The notes: generated from the sequence alone by a model not told the origin. Counted from the first letter of the whole stretch, positions 39,029 through 49,859 are shown. The stretch is 62,268 bases of DNA, filler included, from 7 parts of 7 records of this genome joined end to end with filler, not necessarily neighbours in it, one strand, 5' to 3'. Numbers and translations are program-made.

Positions 39029-40471
39029 TTACGGTTGCCCGGCAAGGGGCAGGGTGATGGTGAAGGTGGTGCCCTTGCCGGGGGTGCTTTTTACCGCGAT
39101 ATCTCCCCCATGGTCCCTGATGAACCCGTAACAGACCGAGAGCCCCAGCCCAACGCCCTTGACGCTCTCTTTTTTGGTGGTAAAGAAGGAGTCAAAGATC
39201 TTTTCAAGATGCGCTTCTTCAATGCCGATCCCTGTGTCGGAGATGTCGATCCTCATTTCCCGGGCATCCTGGGTGGTGGCAAGGGTCAACCTCCCGCCAT
39301 TGGGCATGGCGTCCAGGGCATTGGAAAACATGTTTAAAAAGACCTGGCGGAGTTGATCCTTGGAAGCGCAGACATGGCCCGGGTCTTCCATGAACCGGGT
39401 GGTCATCTTGATGCTGTTTTCCCGGAACCTTTTTTCATAGAGCAGCAATATTTCCTCAAGGATGGTGTTGACGTTGAGGTTGATCCGGTCCACCTGGTCC
39501 GGGGTGGAAAAGGTGAGCATCTTTTTCAGCATGTCGGCCAGGCGTTCGGTTTCGGACAGGGACATGTCAAGGAGTCTTCGCCGCTTGCTTTCAGGCGGAA
39601 TCTCCGTTTTCATCAACTCCAGGGTGTTCATGATACCAAACAGGGGATTGTTGAGCTCATGGGCGATCTGGGAGGTGAGGCGCCCCATGGCCGCGAGTTT
39701 CTCCGATTGCAACAGATGCTGGCGGGTTTCGTTCAGCTTGCGTTCCATCCTGAGCCGTTCGTCGAGATCCACGATAATGCCCTCGTACCCCAGGACGTTT
39801 CCCCTGTCATCGTAGCGCACATGGGTGGTCAGGAGCACGTGGATAATGGACCCGTCCCGCTTTTTCCACTCCACCTCATAATCGATTACTTTTCCCTCCT
39901 TTTCGACGATATCCTGATAGGCCTTCCTGTCATCGGCGTCACGGTAAACCTGGGTGGCAAGGTCGAGTCCCAGGAACTCCTCCTTGTCCTCGTATCCCAG
40001 CATGGAGAGAAGGGCGGGGTTGACGTCCAGAAACCGGCCCTGCTTGCTGCTGGTGAACACCCCGCAGCCCACATTGTTGAACAGCCGCCGGTAATTCTCT
40101 TCAGAGGATCTCAACCGCGCCTCCTGGGCCTTGGTGCGGGTGATGTCCCGATAGATCACCAGCTGGGATCTGCTGCCGTTCTTGTTGCTCATGGGGATGG
40201 CAATGACATGGAAGGATTTGCTGAATCTGGGAAGAAACACTTCCCCATGGAGGGTCTTTTGCCGGGCAAAGACCTGGTCGGCCCTGCACCATGGGCAGAC
40301 CCCCTTTTCCTGGTTGATCACGGAGTAACATTTTTTCTCCACCCCCTCGCCAAAGAGGGAGACCATTGCCTTGTTCATGTACGTGATCACAAAATCGTCA
40401 TTGATGATGTAGATGCCGTCTTCAATGGCGCCGAGGGCATCCGTCAACCGGAGCATGGGGGTATCTGGCAT
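39029..40471 (-). CDS. Cytoplasmic PAS-PAS histidine kinase (NtrB-like)
   Basis: Two PAS domains, QSEKLAAMG, AHELNNPL and GVGLGL motifs. Confidence 0.93.
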   Translation of the reverse strand: MPDTPMLRLTDALGAIEDGIYIINDDFVITYMNKAMVSLFGEGVEKKCYSVINQEKGVCPWCRADQVFARQKTLHGEVFLPRFSKSFHVIAIPMSNKNGSRSQLVIYRDITRTKAQEARLRSSEENYRRLFNNVGCGVFTSSKQGRFLDVNPALLSMLGYEDKEEFLGLDLATQVYRDADDRKAYQDIVEKEGKVIDYEVEWKKRDGSIIHVLLTTHVRYDDRGNVLGYEGIIVDLDERLRMERKLNETRQHLLQSEKLAAMGRLTSQIAHELNNPLFGIMNTLELMKTEIPPESKRRRLLDMSLSETERLADMLKKMLTFSTPDQVDRINLNVNTILEEILLLYEKRFRENSIKMTTRFMEDPGHVCASKDQLRQVFLNMFSNALDAMPNGGRLTLATTQDAREMRIDISDTGIGIEEAHLEKIFDSFFTTKKESVKGVGLGLSVCYGFIRDHGGDIAVKSTPGKGTTFTITLPLAGQP

Positions 40472-40659
40472 GGCTGTCTCCTTAATTTTTTGTGGGGGGA
40501 TGATCTATCTACAGAGATAGAGGGGACGCACCGGTTTGTCAAGCAGGGGATGGGGAAAAATACCAAATCCACGTTCTTTTCTTGAACAATACCGGGTTAG
40601 CGGCTATAGAAATAAAGGATCGACCCCCTAAAGCAAATATTTTATTGGACAGATACGCC

Positions 40660-41955
40660 ATGGATATCGTTGTGAAAAACGGCATCGTATTGACCATGAA
40701 CAAAGGGATGGAGATCCTTCGCCAGGGATGGGTGGGGGTGGACAAGGGATGTATCGCGGCCATGGGCAGCCACGACACCCTGCCCTTGCCGGGGGCGGGA
40801 ACGGTGATCGATGCCGGGGGCGGGATCATCATGCCGGGCCTGGTCAACTGCCACACCCATGCCCCCATGACCCTGTTCCGGGGCCTTGGCCGGGATCTTC
40901 CCCCCATGGCGTGGCTCAATCGCCATGTTTCTCCCACGGATGAACGTCTTACCCGGGAATCGGCATACAAAGGGAGCCTGCTGGCCTGTGCCGAGATGAT
41001 CCTTTCCGGCACCACCTGCTTCTGCGACAGCTACCGGTTCGGGGAGACCGTGGCACGGGCCGCCGTTTCCGCCGGCCTGAGGGCGGTGGTGGGGGAGCTT
41101 ATCACCGGTTTTCCCGGGGACGGGACCATGGCGGCCCGGGGGGAGCGGATCAACACGCTTCTGGCCCGATGGGGCAACCATACCCTGGTGACGGTGGCGG
41201 TGGGCCTGCCTTCCGTGGCGGATGCGTCTCCCGGGCAGTTACGGGAGGCGGCGGCCCTTGCGCGAAGGCACGGGCTTCCCCTGGTGATGCCGGTGGCGGA
41301 GACGGAACATGAGGTCGCCCGGATAGAAAAAAAGTATGGCAGGACCCCGGCCGGGTTCCTTGAAACCCTTGGACTCCTTGGCCCCGACCTTGTGGCCTGC
41401 CACTCCATCCATTTGACAGAAAAGGACATGGCCCTTTACCGGCAGTATGATGTCAAGGTGATCCATTGTCCGGAAAGCGACATGGTGTGCGCCTCAGGGG
41501 TGGCGCCCATCCCCCGGCTCCTTGGGCGCGGCGTCACCGTGGGACTTGGCACGGACGCCGTGGCAGGCAATGGTGATCTTGACCTGTTCTGCGAGATGGA
41601 TACCGCGGCAAAGCTCCATAAGGTCTTTGCCATGGATCCCGAGGTGGTGGATGCCGAAACCGCGGTAAAAATGGCGACCATTAGCGGGGCAAGGGCCCTG
41701 GGGCTCGACAGGTTCACCGGCTCCCTCGAGACGGGCAAACGGGCCGATATCATTGTGGTGGATCTGTCCGGCCATCATCTTGTGCCCATGTACAATCCCT
41801 ATTCCCATCTGGTCTATTCCGCCGCTGGCAGCGATGTTGCCGCGTCCATAATTGACGGAAAGCTTGTGATGGCCGACCGGGAGATCAACACCCTGGACCC
41901 TGGCGCGGTGATGGAAGGGGTGCGCCGAATCTGCCGGCCCCGGGGCGCCCTGTGA
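40660..41955 (+). CDS. Amidohydrolase of the MTA/SAH deaminase family with a degenerate active site
   Basis: MPGLVNCHTH, GTT, HCPES, GLGTD and GSLETGKRADII motifs; PVAET replaces HVAET. Confidence 0.85.
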   Translation: MDIVVKNGIVLTMNKGMEILRQGWVGVDKGCIAAMGSHDTLPLPGAGTVIDAGGGIIMPGLVNCHTHAPMTLFRGLGRDLPPMAWLNRHVSPTDERLTRESAYKGSLLACAEMILSGTTCFCDSYRFGETVARAAVSAGLRAVVGELITGFPGDGTMAARGERINTLLARWGNHTLVTVAVGLPSVADASPGQLREAAALARRHGLPLVMPVAETEHEVARIEKKYGRTPAGFLETLGLLGPDLVACHSIHLTEKDMALYRQYDVKVIHCPESDMVCASGVAPIPRLLGRGVTVGLGTDAVAGNGDLDLFCEMDTAAKLHKVFAMDPEVVDAETAVKMATISGARALGLDRFTGSLETGKRADIIVVDLSGHHLVPMYNPYSHLVYSAAGSDVAASIIDGKLVMADREINTLDPGAVMEGVRRICRPRGAL

Positions 41956-43299
41956 TCAATGGCACGGCTTTTTTTTGAGCGCAAGTCCGTGTTTTTTCAG
42001 CTTCCTCACCACACTTGACTGGTCAATCCCCAGGTATTCGCCCATGGCCCGGGTGGTGCTGTGCAGGGACATGGCCTTGATCAATATCTTTTTTTCAAAG
42101 TCAAGCATTTGCTCTTTGAGAAAGTACGCCGACGCCGTCGGGGGCTGGTGGCTCACAATGCTCAGGATGCTCTCGTCCAGGGCATCGGTTTCGCTCAGGA
42201 CCACAATCCGTTTGATGATATTTTTCAGCTCGCGCACATTGCCGGGAAACGGGTAGGACTGAAGCTGACCGATCAGCTGGGGCGAGATACTGCGATGCTG
42301 GCCGTATCGGTGGTTGTACTTTTCAAGAAAGTGGGTCACAAGCCCGAAGATGTCCTCGGGTCGCTCCTTCAGGGGGGGGATCCTGAGGGTGAAGGCGTTG
42401 ATCCGGTAGAGAAGGTCCTCCCGGAACCTGCCTTGGGCAACAAGGGCCTGGAGGTCACAGTTGGTGGCCGCGATCACCGTGCACTCGACCTTTTTCGCCC
42501 GGGTGCCGCCGAGCCGGGTGATCTGAAAGTCGTCCAGGTATTTCAGCAGTTTTGCCTGGAGGGGCAGGGGCAGCTCCCCGATCTCGTCCAGAAACAGGGT
42601 GCCTTCATGGGCGATCTCGAACAGTCCGGCCTTGCCCTGCTTTTTGGCGCCGGTAAAGGCCCCGCCTTCGTAGCCGAACAGCTCGGCCTCCAGCAGGTTC
42701 TCGGGAACCGCAGCGCAGTTGAGCTGGACAAAGGGATTGTCTTTCCTGGGGCTCTTATCGTGTATCAGCTGTGCCAGAAGGCCCTTGCCCGTGCCGGATT
42801 CGCCCAGGACAAGGATTTTTGAAACCCCGGAGGTGGCAAGCTTGAAGCTTGTCCGCAGGACCTGCCGGTACCTGGGGTTCCGGGCCACCACCTCGTGGGG
42901 GCCGAGCCGGACCATGCCGGGATCGGTGAACTCCGCCTCAGCCCCGGCGCAGATTCGTCGGGCCTCCTCAGGGGGCAGGTGGGAGATATCCTGCTCCTTG
43001 ACCACGATGCGGAAGATCTCCCCCCGTTCGTCCACATGGGGGATGCCGGTATTGATCGTTACGATCCCGGTCCGCTTGGCCTCCGCCTGGACCACGGCTT
43101 TTTGTTTGGTCCTGAAAATATTGTGGGCCACGGAACGGTCATAAATGCCGTCCCTGATCAGGTCCAGGTAACACTTGCCGATCAGGGCGCTCTCCTTGAC
43201 CGCCCCGTATTTTTCCGCGGTCTTGTTCACCGCGATTACCCGGCCGAAACCGTCCCATATCCAGATGCCGTCCGGTGAAGAATTAAGAAATTGGTCCAT
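41956..43299 (-). CDS. PAS-containing sigma54 enhancer-binding protein
   Basis: GESGTGK, intact GAFTGA, LFLDEIGE, FPGNVREL and a TyrR-like C-terminal HTH; start uncertain (ATG 43299 chosen). Confidence 0.93.
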   Translation of the reverse strand: MDQFLNSSPDGIWIWDGFGRVIAVNKTAEKYGAVKESALIGKCYLDLIRDGIYDRSVAHNIFRTKQKAVVQAEAKRTGIVTINTGIPHVDERGEIFRIVVKEQDISHLPPEEARRICAGAEAEFTDPGMVRLGPHEVVARNPRYRQVLRTSFKLATSGVSKILVLGESGTGKGLLAQLIHDKSPRKDNPFVQLNCAAVPENLLEAELFGYEGGAFTGAKKQGKAGLFEIAHEGTLFLDEIGELPLPLQAKLLKYLDDFQITRLGGTRAKKVECTVIAATNCDLQALVAQGRFREDLLYRINAFTLRIPPLKERPEDIFGLVTHFLEKYNHRYGQHRSISPQLIGQLQSYPFPGNVRELKNIIKRIVVLSETDALDESILSIVSHQPPTASAYFLKEQMLDFEKKILIKAMSLHSTTRAMGEYLGIDQSSVVRKLKKHGLALKKKPCH

Positions 43300-43497
43300 T
43301 GTCACACCCTTCACCTGATCTAAACCGGCGCCTTGTTTTGTTGAACATCTCCGAATGACAGTACATCCTATCCTTTCCCGTTGTGATAGGGGAAACAAAA
43401 AAATCAATCACTACCCATCGCGATATTTCGCTAAGCCGTTAGAATATCTATTATAGGTTGCCAAGTCAATGCTAAAACCCACCAAACCATTGGTTTT

Positions 43498-43684
43498 GAT
43501 GCAAAATTGCGTTGATGTAAAATGGGATAGATGCAAAAGCGCATCGCGTTTGACCTGGCAAGTGTCCTGTTTGCCCCACCGTCCGGCGTTTCGGCGTTGA
43601 TGCAAAAATGCATTTTTCGGTTTTGCTTCCCCAAAGGGAGGGCGGAAAGGGGCTTTCGGCGAATTGTCGATGCGTTTTTGCATC
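43498..43684. promoter_or_regulatory. Five GATGC-N6-GCATC-type palindromes (putative enhancer/operator sites)
   Basis: GATGCAAAATTGCGTT (43498), GATGTAAAATGGGATA (43514), GATGCAAAAGCGCATC (43530), GATGCAAAAATGCATT (43599), GATGCGTTTTTGCATC (43669). Confidence 0.75.
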
Positions 43685-43762
43685 GCTTGCCTGGGGGCAC
43701 CATGGCCCACAATCCGGAACAGGGCCATTCTACCCCCCCTTGCCCAGGGAACTTCCGTTCCT

Positions 43763-43777
43763 TGGCACGTAAGTTGC
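43763..43777 (+). promoter_or_regulatory. Sigma54 (-24/-12) promoter of the methyltransferase operon
   Basis: TGGCACG-TAAG-TTGC, a perfect consensus match. Confidence 0.9.
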
Positions 43778-43873
43778 TGTATATAGCGAAAAAATGAAAG
43801 CGATGGGTTTTTTACTGGAGTAACAGAGCCCGTGAGCAACGGGTTGAAACGAGACCAAAGGAGTTGCCAAATT

Positions 43874-45295
43874 ATGCTAAACAGGTTGCAGTCCCTTGAC
43901 AGGGCCCAGATGGAACGTTTGCACAGCGCTTGCATGGAAGTCTTGAACAAGACCGGAATTCTCTTCAACGAATCCGAAGCCGTGGAAATCTTTAAGGAGA
44001 ACGGTTTCCGGGTGGATGGAAACAAGGTGTTTTTCGAGGAAGAGCAGGTGATGAAGGCACTGGAAACGGCCCCGTCCGAGTTTACCATTCGTGCCAGGAA
44101 CCCTGAAAAATCGGTCCGGATCGGCGGAGATCATTTTGTCCTGAGTCCGGGCTGGGGGGCCCCGTTCATCGTTGATGCCAAAGGCAGCAGCCGGGCCGCC
44201 ACCATGGCGGATGCCGATAATTTCTGCAAACTGGTGCAGACCTCCCCCCACCTGGATATGATCGCCAGCTCCATGGTGCCCCCCAAGGATCTCGATCCCA
44301 AGACCGCCACGGCAGAACTCCTTGCCGCCTGCTTCACCATGAGCGATTTGCCCATTACCACCAACCCCTGCACCCGGGAGAACGCCATCGAGACCGTGGA
44401 GATGGCATCCATTGTTTGGGGCAGCCGGGAGGCGGCCACAGCGTCCCCCGTGTCCATCGTATCGATCAACCCCACTTCTCCCCTGACCTACACCCCGGAA
44501 GCCGCGGGGGGCCTCATTGAGCTGGCCCGGGGCGGACAGGCGCTCCTGATTTCAAGCATGGTCATGGCGGGCCTGAGCGGTCCCATCACCCTGGCCGGCA
44601 GCGCTGTCCTGGAGATGGCTGAAAGCCTGGCCGGCATCGTCCTGGCCCAGCTGGTCAACCCAGGGGTGCCCTGTGTGTCCGGCGGCACCTCCTGTTCGGC
44701 GGACCTGCGGTTCTGCACCGCTTCCATCGGCAGTCCCGAGCTGGTCAAGCTCATGGCCATCTCCACCCAGATGTGCCGGTATTACGGGCTTCCCTGCCGG
44801 TACGGCGGGGGCTTGACCGATGCCCACTTCCCGGACATGCAGGCGGGGGTCGAATCCACCCTCAACATCGCCCTGAGCCTTGTCTCCGGTGCCCACTACA
44901 TGCACCAGGCCTGCGGCATCCTCGGTTCCTACACGGAGATGAGCTTTGAAAAGTTTGTCCTGGATGAGGAGATCGGCGGCATGGTCAAACGGGCCATTGC
45001 CCCGGTTGAGATTACCGATGAGACCCTGGCCCTCGATGCCATTGACCGGGTCGGCTGCGGCGGCAGCTTTCTCATGGAGCCCATGACGGCCAAGCGGTGC
45101 CGGTCTGAATTTTTCATGCCAAAGGTATCGATCCGGGAAACCTACGAGAAGTGGAACAGCAACGGAAGGGCAGATGTCACAAAGGCGGCGGAAAAACATG
45201 TCCAGGATCGCCTTGCCGCCTATGTGAAGCCCGACATCGATCCCGGCATTGAAAAGGATCTCAAGGCGTATATCGCGGCCAAGGCAAACGCGTAA
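43874..45295 (+). CDS. MttB-superfamily (trimethylamine methyltransferase-like) corrinoid methyltransferase, non-pyrrolysine
   Basis: APSEFTIRARNP, NPTSPL, MAGLSGPITLAG, IGSPE, DMQAGVES and SFEKFVLDEE motifs; no in-frame TAG. Confidence 0.92.
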   Translation: MLNRLQSLDRAQMERLHSACMEVLNKTGILFNESEAVEIFKENGFRVDGNKVFFEEEQVMKALETAPSEFTIRARNPEKSVRIGGDHFVLSPGWGAPFIVDAKGSSRAATMADADNFCKLVQTSPHLDMIASSMVPPKDLDPKTATAELLAACFTMSDLPITTNPCTRENAIETVEMASIVWGSREAATASPVSIVSINPTSPLTYTPEAAGGLIELARGGQALLISSMVMAGLSGPITLAGSAVLEMAESLAGIVLAQLVNPGVPCVSGGTSCSADLRFCTASIGSPELVKLMAISTQMCRYYGLPCRYGGGLTDAHFPDMQAGVESTLNIALSLVSGAHYMHQACGILGSYTEMSFEKFVLDEEIGGMVKRAIAPVEITDETLALDAIDRVGCGGSFLMEPMTAKRCRSEFFMPKVSIRETYEKWNSNGRADVTKAAEKHVQDRLAAYVKPDIDPGIEKDLKAYIAAKANA

Positions 45296-45423
45296 AAAAA
45301 ACGGTGTGACAACCTCGCCTTTTGACAAGGTACACTGAATAGCAAAGCCCACGGTCCCTTGGAGAGGGAAGATCCTTTCCAGGGGGCTGATAACCCATTA
45401 AACGATTTTAAATGGAGAACCAG

Positions 45424-45735
45424 ATGTCTGATTACAAGGAAATTTTGGAGGTATTGCTCACAGGAGACGGTGAAAAACTTGAAGCCCTCGTGAAGGAGGC
45501 CCTGGATAGTGGTGCGCCCGCAAACGAGATTCTCAACCAGGGACTCATCGCCAGCATGGATGTTGTGGGAGCCAGGATGGAGTCCGGTGAGATGTTCATT
45601 CCCGAGGTGCTCATGAGTGCCCAGGCCATGGGCGGTGCCGTTGAGATCCTCAAGCCCCTGCTTTCGGAAGATGATGCGTCCGTGGCCGGCAAGGTGGTCC
45701 TTGGAACGGTCAAGGGCGACCTCCACGACATCGGG
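45424..45735 (+). CDS. Cognate corrinoid protein (MttC/MtbC-like), 3' truncated
   Basis: MFIPEVLMSA.AM and GTVKGDLHDIG (DxHxxG); GGAG RBS. Confidence 0.93.
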
Positions 45736-45835
45736 NNNNNNNNNNNNNNNNNNNNNNNNNNNNNNNNNNNNNNNNNNNNTTAATTAATTAANNNNNNNNN
45801 NNNNNNNNNNNNNNNNNNNNNNNNNNNNNNNNNNN
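45736..45835. other. Artificial contig linker
   Basis: N44-TTAATTAATTAA-N44. Confidence 0.98.
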
Positions 45836-46714
45836 CTTGAAGGTCTTATAGAAATAGGTCGCGTTTTCAAAGCCACAGGATTCGGCAACAGAAGACACTG
45901 TTAAGTTCGAGTTCACCAGCATTTGACGTGCTCTCTCTAACTTGCGCTCCAAAATGTATTTTACCGGACTCTTCCCTGTATATTCATGAAAAAGGCGCCT
46001 CAAATAGGCCTCGCTCAGATTTGATAATTCAGCCAATTCAAAGAGCCTCATTTCCTTCCTGTTGATATTCTCATTTATATATTCGAGTACGGGAACAATA
46101 TATCTTAGAGTTCCTTTTGGACTTGGTAAATCACTTTTTTTTGTAGTTGAGATCAGCTCATTTATGATACGCGGATAAAACATGTTAAAGAGACTGGAAA
46201 CAGCCCAGAATCTCCAATCGGTCAGGTCATTGTGGATAACAATGCAGTATTCTCTAACGAGTGAAATCTGATAATCGGTCAATTTACCATGAATCAATTG
46301 GATTCCGCTTATTGTAAACAAGTCTAATTCATTGAGATATTTATATTCGAAATGGAAGACTTTGCAAACCATATCAGAATTACCCACAGGTGATACATTA
46401 TGAGCTATGTTATTGGGAATTATCAAATAATCATTACGCTTAAGAATTACACTTTTACCTTCTTGCCCCAATGAGAAGGCTACTTGCCCACTTTCTATGA
46501 CCCAAAGATAGGAGTAAGATCGTTTTCTTATTGGAATCCTCCAACCTTCAAGGGTTTTCCAGGAATTCGCTGATAAAACAGAGAAGGACGATCGATCAAT
46601 AAGGTTCCTCAAATTGTCAGATAAGTTTAACCATTCCGTAGACTCTTCAGGATTGGTTATTTGCCATGAAGATATTGCCCTTGTTTCGAAATGTTCATAT
46701 TTTGGTTCGTTCAT
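45836..46714 (-). CDS. AraC-family regulator, 3' truncated
   Basis: Cupin-like N-terminus; LAELSNLSEAYLRRLF...SP..Y...VAESCGF...YF. Confidence 0.92.
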
Positions 46715-46807
46715 TTTAGTTCATTATTTTACAAATCCAAATATAGTCAAGTAGTGAGTTAATAGCGGCCTGATAGAAACAGGCTAGATAAAAAAAAAGG
46801 AAAGTAC

Positions 46808-47482
46808 ATGAGTAATGATGTTGAATGGAATAACGATGAAGAACTTTTTTCGTTAATCAAAGAAACCCTCTATACACCAGTGGTTGGCGATATTCTTGAT
46901 GAACTTGGCTATTACCATCAGTTCCTGCCTCAGAAAATCCAAGCTATGAAAGAAGATATGAAAGTTGTAGGCCGGGCTATGCCCGTGCTTATGATCGATG
47001 TCTTTGGTCAACAGGAAAAGCCGTTTGGATTATTGACCGAAGCTTTGGACCAGCTTGAGAAAGGAGATGTATTTATTGCCTCCGGCGGGACGAAAAGATG
47101 TGCCTACTGGGGTGAAATTTTAACTGCCACTTCTAAATTCAGAAAGGCTGCTGGTGCTGTCATTAACGGGTATCACAGGGATACACCACAGGTCCTCGAA
47201 CAAGATTGGCCGGTTTTTTCAGAGGGAAGATATGCGCAGGACTCATCGGTCAGAACCAAAGTGCATAATTACAGATGTCCGATTGAAATCGGAGGGGTCT
47301 GGATTGAACCGGGAGATCTTGTTTTTGGAGATTTGGATGGCGTGCTGATCATCCCACAGAAGTGTGAAAAGAAGGTTGTGATGAAAGCTCTTGAAAAAGC
47401 TCGGGGAGAGAAACTGGTTCGTAAAGAAATTGAAAATGGTTTGTCCAGTACCGAAGCCTTTGAAAAATACGGAATTCTGTAA
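46808..47482 (+). CDS. RraA/HMG-aldolase family protein
   Basis: VVGDILD, AYWGEIL, GYHRD and [16 protein letters not shown] motifs. Confidence 0.9.
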   Translation: MSNDVEWNNDEELFSLIKETLYTPVVGDILDELGYYHQFLPQKIQAMKEDMKVVGRAMPVLMIDVFGQQEKPFGLLTEALDQLEKGDVFIASGGTKRCAYWGEILTATSKFRKAAGAVINGYHRDTPQVLEQDWPVFSEGRYAQDSSVRTKVHNYRCPIEIGGVWIEPGDLVFGDLDGVLIIPQKCEKKVVMKALEKARGEKLVRKEIENGLSSTEAFEKYGIL

Positions 47483-47510
47483 ATTGGAAACTCATCATAT
47501 GAAAGAGAGT

Positions 47511-47858
47511 ATGGATAAATCAATAGTGTTTAAAATCCATGAGAAAGACAACGTTGCAACGGCTTTGACTAATATAAAAATTGGCGAAGCCCATATCAAT
47601 GGGGATCATTCCTTGAAGGTTGTTGAGGCTCGTGAAGAGATCGACATGGGACATAAGCTTTCCATAAAAGACATTGAAGCGGGGGAACATATTATTAAAT
47701 ATGGTGTGATCATCGGAATGGCCACAGAATTCATTAAAAAGGGAAGCTGGGTTCATCTCCATAACTGCAAGTCACTCTATGACGAACGCTCATCGACACT
47801 TGATTTGAGGACTGGGGTATCTACTGATATAGATTATAAATCGGAGTACACACAATGA
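47511..47858 (+). CDS. SAF-domain small subunit of a split UxaA/GarD-family dehydratase
   Basis: DNVATAL, GHKLS, IIKYG and WVHLHN motifs. Confidence 0.9.
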   Translation: MDKSIVFKIHEKDNVATALTNIKIGEAHINGDHSLKVVEAREEIDMGHKLSIKDIEAGEHIIKYGVIIGMATEFIKKGSWVHLHNCKSLYDERSSTLDLRTGVSTDIDYKSEYTQ

Positions 47859-49063
47859 AATCTTTGAGCTCTATTCGATGGAATGGATTCTTAAGGAAAG
47901 ATGGGCGTAAGGGAATAAGGAACAAGGTCCTTGTTATTTACACAGTCGAATGCTCGTCCTTTGTAGCGAAGGGTATATGCGATGCTTTTGATAATGATGT
48001 AGATGTCATTGGCTTCGGCGGTTGCACCGACAACAATTACGCCGTTCAGATGCTACTGGCCATGACCAATCATCCCAATGTCGGAGCCGTATTAGCTGTC
48101 GGTCTCGGTTGTGAGTATGTTCAGCCGGATAAAATCGTCAAAGTTGCAAAGGAAAACGGACGTCTTGCTGAGGGGTTTTTTATTCAGAACCACGGCGGGA
48201 CGAAAAGCTCTATCGAGAAAGGGATTAAAATTGTAGATAAGTTCCTGAATCATATGGCAACGCACACAGATATTGTCGAAATGGGTATTCAAGACCTTGT
48301 GATCGGATCTGAATGTGGAGGATCAGACTACACATCCGGATTGGCAGGGAACGTCGTTGTAGGGAGTTTCTTTGACTGCCTTGTGTCCCATGGCGGAACA
48401 GCGATTTTTGAAGAGATTGTTGAGGCTATAGGTTTAAGAGATTTACTGGCTGGGCGAGGAAAAGATACGAATAGCAGGGATGAGATTCTCGCGGCCTATG
48501 ACAAAGCTGTTGAATACTGTAAATCGGTTAAACAGTATTCCATCTCTCCAGGTAATTTCGTCGGCGGGATGACCACCATCGAGGAAAAGAGCATGGGTGC
48601 TGTTATAAAAAGCGGAACCAAGCCTATCGAAGGGGTTATTAAGGTTTCTGAAGCTCCGACATCCCCCGGTTTGTGGTTGATGGATAGTGTTCCAGATCCC
48701 CATTTCATGGGATACGGTTATACAAATCCCAATGACAGCGAAGGACTGATGGATTTAATTTCTGCTGGAGCTCATATCGTACTGTTTGTCACGGGACGTG
48801 GATCGGTTGTCGGCAGTGCCGTCTCGCCGGTTTTAAAGATAACCGGAAATCACATAACCCATGAAAATCTGATTGATGATATGGATTTTGATGCTAGCCC
48901 CGTATTGAATGGACAGAGCAATTTGAATGAACTGACCATGCAACTGGTGGAGCATATCATTCGAATGTGCAGGGGCGAGAAGTCCAAGTCGGAAGAACTG
49001 GGCCACAAGGAGTATTTCGTACCCTACAAATATCAGACTCCCAGTAGATATAAAAAATGTTAA
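47855..49063 (+). CDS. Large subunit of a split UxaA/GarD-family dehydratase
   Basis: [15 protein letters not shown]...[20 protein letters not shown] and FVTGRG motifs. Confidence 0.92.
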   Translation: MKSLSSIRWNGFLRKDGRKGIRNKVLVIYTVECSSFVAKGICDAFDNDVDVIGFGGCTDNNYAVQMLLAMTNHPNVGAVLAVGLGCEYVQPDKIVKVAKENGRLAEGFFIQNHGGTKSSIEKGIKIVDKFLNHMATHTDIVEMGIQDLVIGSECGGSDYTSGLAGNVVVGSFFDCLVSHGGTAIFEEIVEAIGLRDLLAGRGKDTNSRDEILAAYDKAVEYCKSVKQYSISPGNFVGGMTTIEEKSMGAVIKSGTKPIEGVIKVSEAPTSPGLWLMDSVPDPHFMGYGYTNPNDSEGLMDLISAGAHIVLFVTGRGSVVGSAVSPVLKITGNHITHENLIDDMDFDASPVLNGQSNLNELTMQLVEHIIRMCRGEKSKSEELGHKEYFVPYKYQTPSRYKKC

Positions 49064-49075
49064 TCAAAGGAAAAA

Positions 49076-49846
49076 ATGATGAATTATAAAGATAGTTTTA
49101 GTTTGGAGAATGAGATAGCTCTGGTAACAGGAGGGGCTACGGGACTCGGTTTCGCTATTTCAAAATGCCTCATCTCCGCCGGTGCAAAAGTGGTGATTGC
49201 CGGGTTCGATCCGGAGGATACTCTTAAGGAGGCTTGTGAGAAATTGGGACCTGGATCGAGTTATAAACAATACAATGTTACCGAGACCCATAAAGCCGAT
49301 TTATTGGTAGCTGAAATATGTGAAGAGATCGGAGATATCACTATTCTGATTAACAATGCAGGAAATCACTGTAAGAAACCCATCGAAGAGATGAGTGACA
49401 AGGATTTTCAGTCGGTTCTGGATGTTCACATCATGGGAGCATTCGCTTTGACGAGGGCTGTTGTTCCGATTATGAAAAAGAATAAAAGGGGAAGCATCCT
49501 GTTCCAGGCGTCTATGACAGCTTTCCTTGGACAGCCCTTTGTCGTTGCCTATTCAGCAGCGAAATCTGCCTACCTTGGAATGGTAAGAACTTTGGCTACA
49601 GAACTCTCTGCTGAGGGCATACGGATTAATGCTATCGCCCCGGGATGGATTGACACACCTATGTTGCGAAAAGCCATCGAAGGAGACGATGTCAGAAAGA
49701 ACAAGATTCTTGGCCGGACGCCAATGCAAAGATTCGGTCAGCCTGAAGATATTGGATGGGCAGCGGTATTCCTGTGCTCCCGAGCCGCAGGTTTCATCAA
49801 CGGTGTCGCCCTGCCTGTTGACGGAGGTGCTCTCATTGGCTTCTAG
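49076..49846 (+). CDS. SDR oxidoreductase (gluconate 5-dehydrogenase/KduD-like)
   Basis: TGGATGLG, NNAG, YSAAK, RTPMQRFG and PVDGG motifs. Confidence 0.88.
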   Translation: MMNYKDSFSLENEIALVTGGATGLGFAISKCLISAGAKVVIAGFDPEDTLKEACEKLGPGSSYKQYNVTETHKADLLVAEICEEIGDITILINNAGNHCKKPIEEMSDKDFQSVLDVHIMGAFALTRAVVPIMKKNKRGSILFQASMTAFLGQPFVVAYSAAKSAYLGMVRTLATELSAEGIRINAIAPGWIDTPMLRKAIEGDDVRKNKILGRTPMQRFGQPEDIGWAAVFLCSRAAGFINGVALPVDGGALIGF

Positions 49847-49859
49847 GAAAAAGCCCTTT

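Noticed and set aside
43498-43684. CRISPR-like array
   Set aside because: Repeats are 16 bp, degenerate and irregularly spaced inside a promoter; no cas genes. Better explained as regulator sites.
43874-45295. Pyrrolysine recoding in MttB
   Set aside because: The ORF is uninterrupted with no in-frame TAG, and no pyl genes are on the contig.
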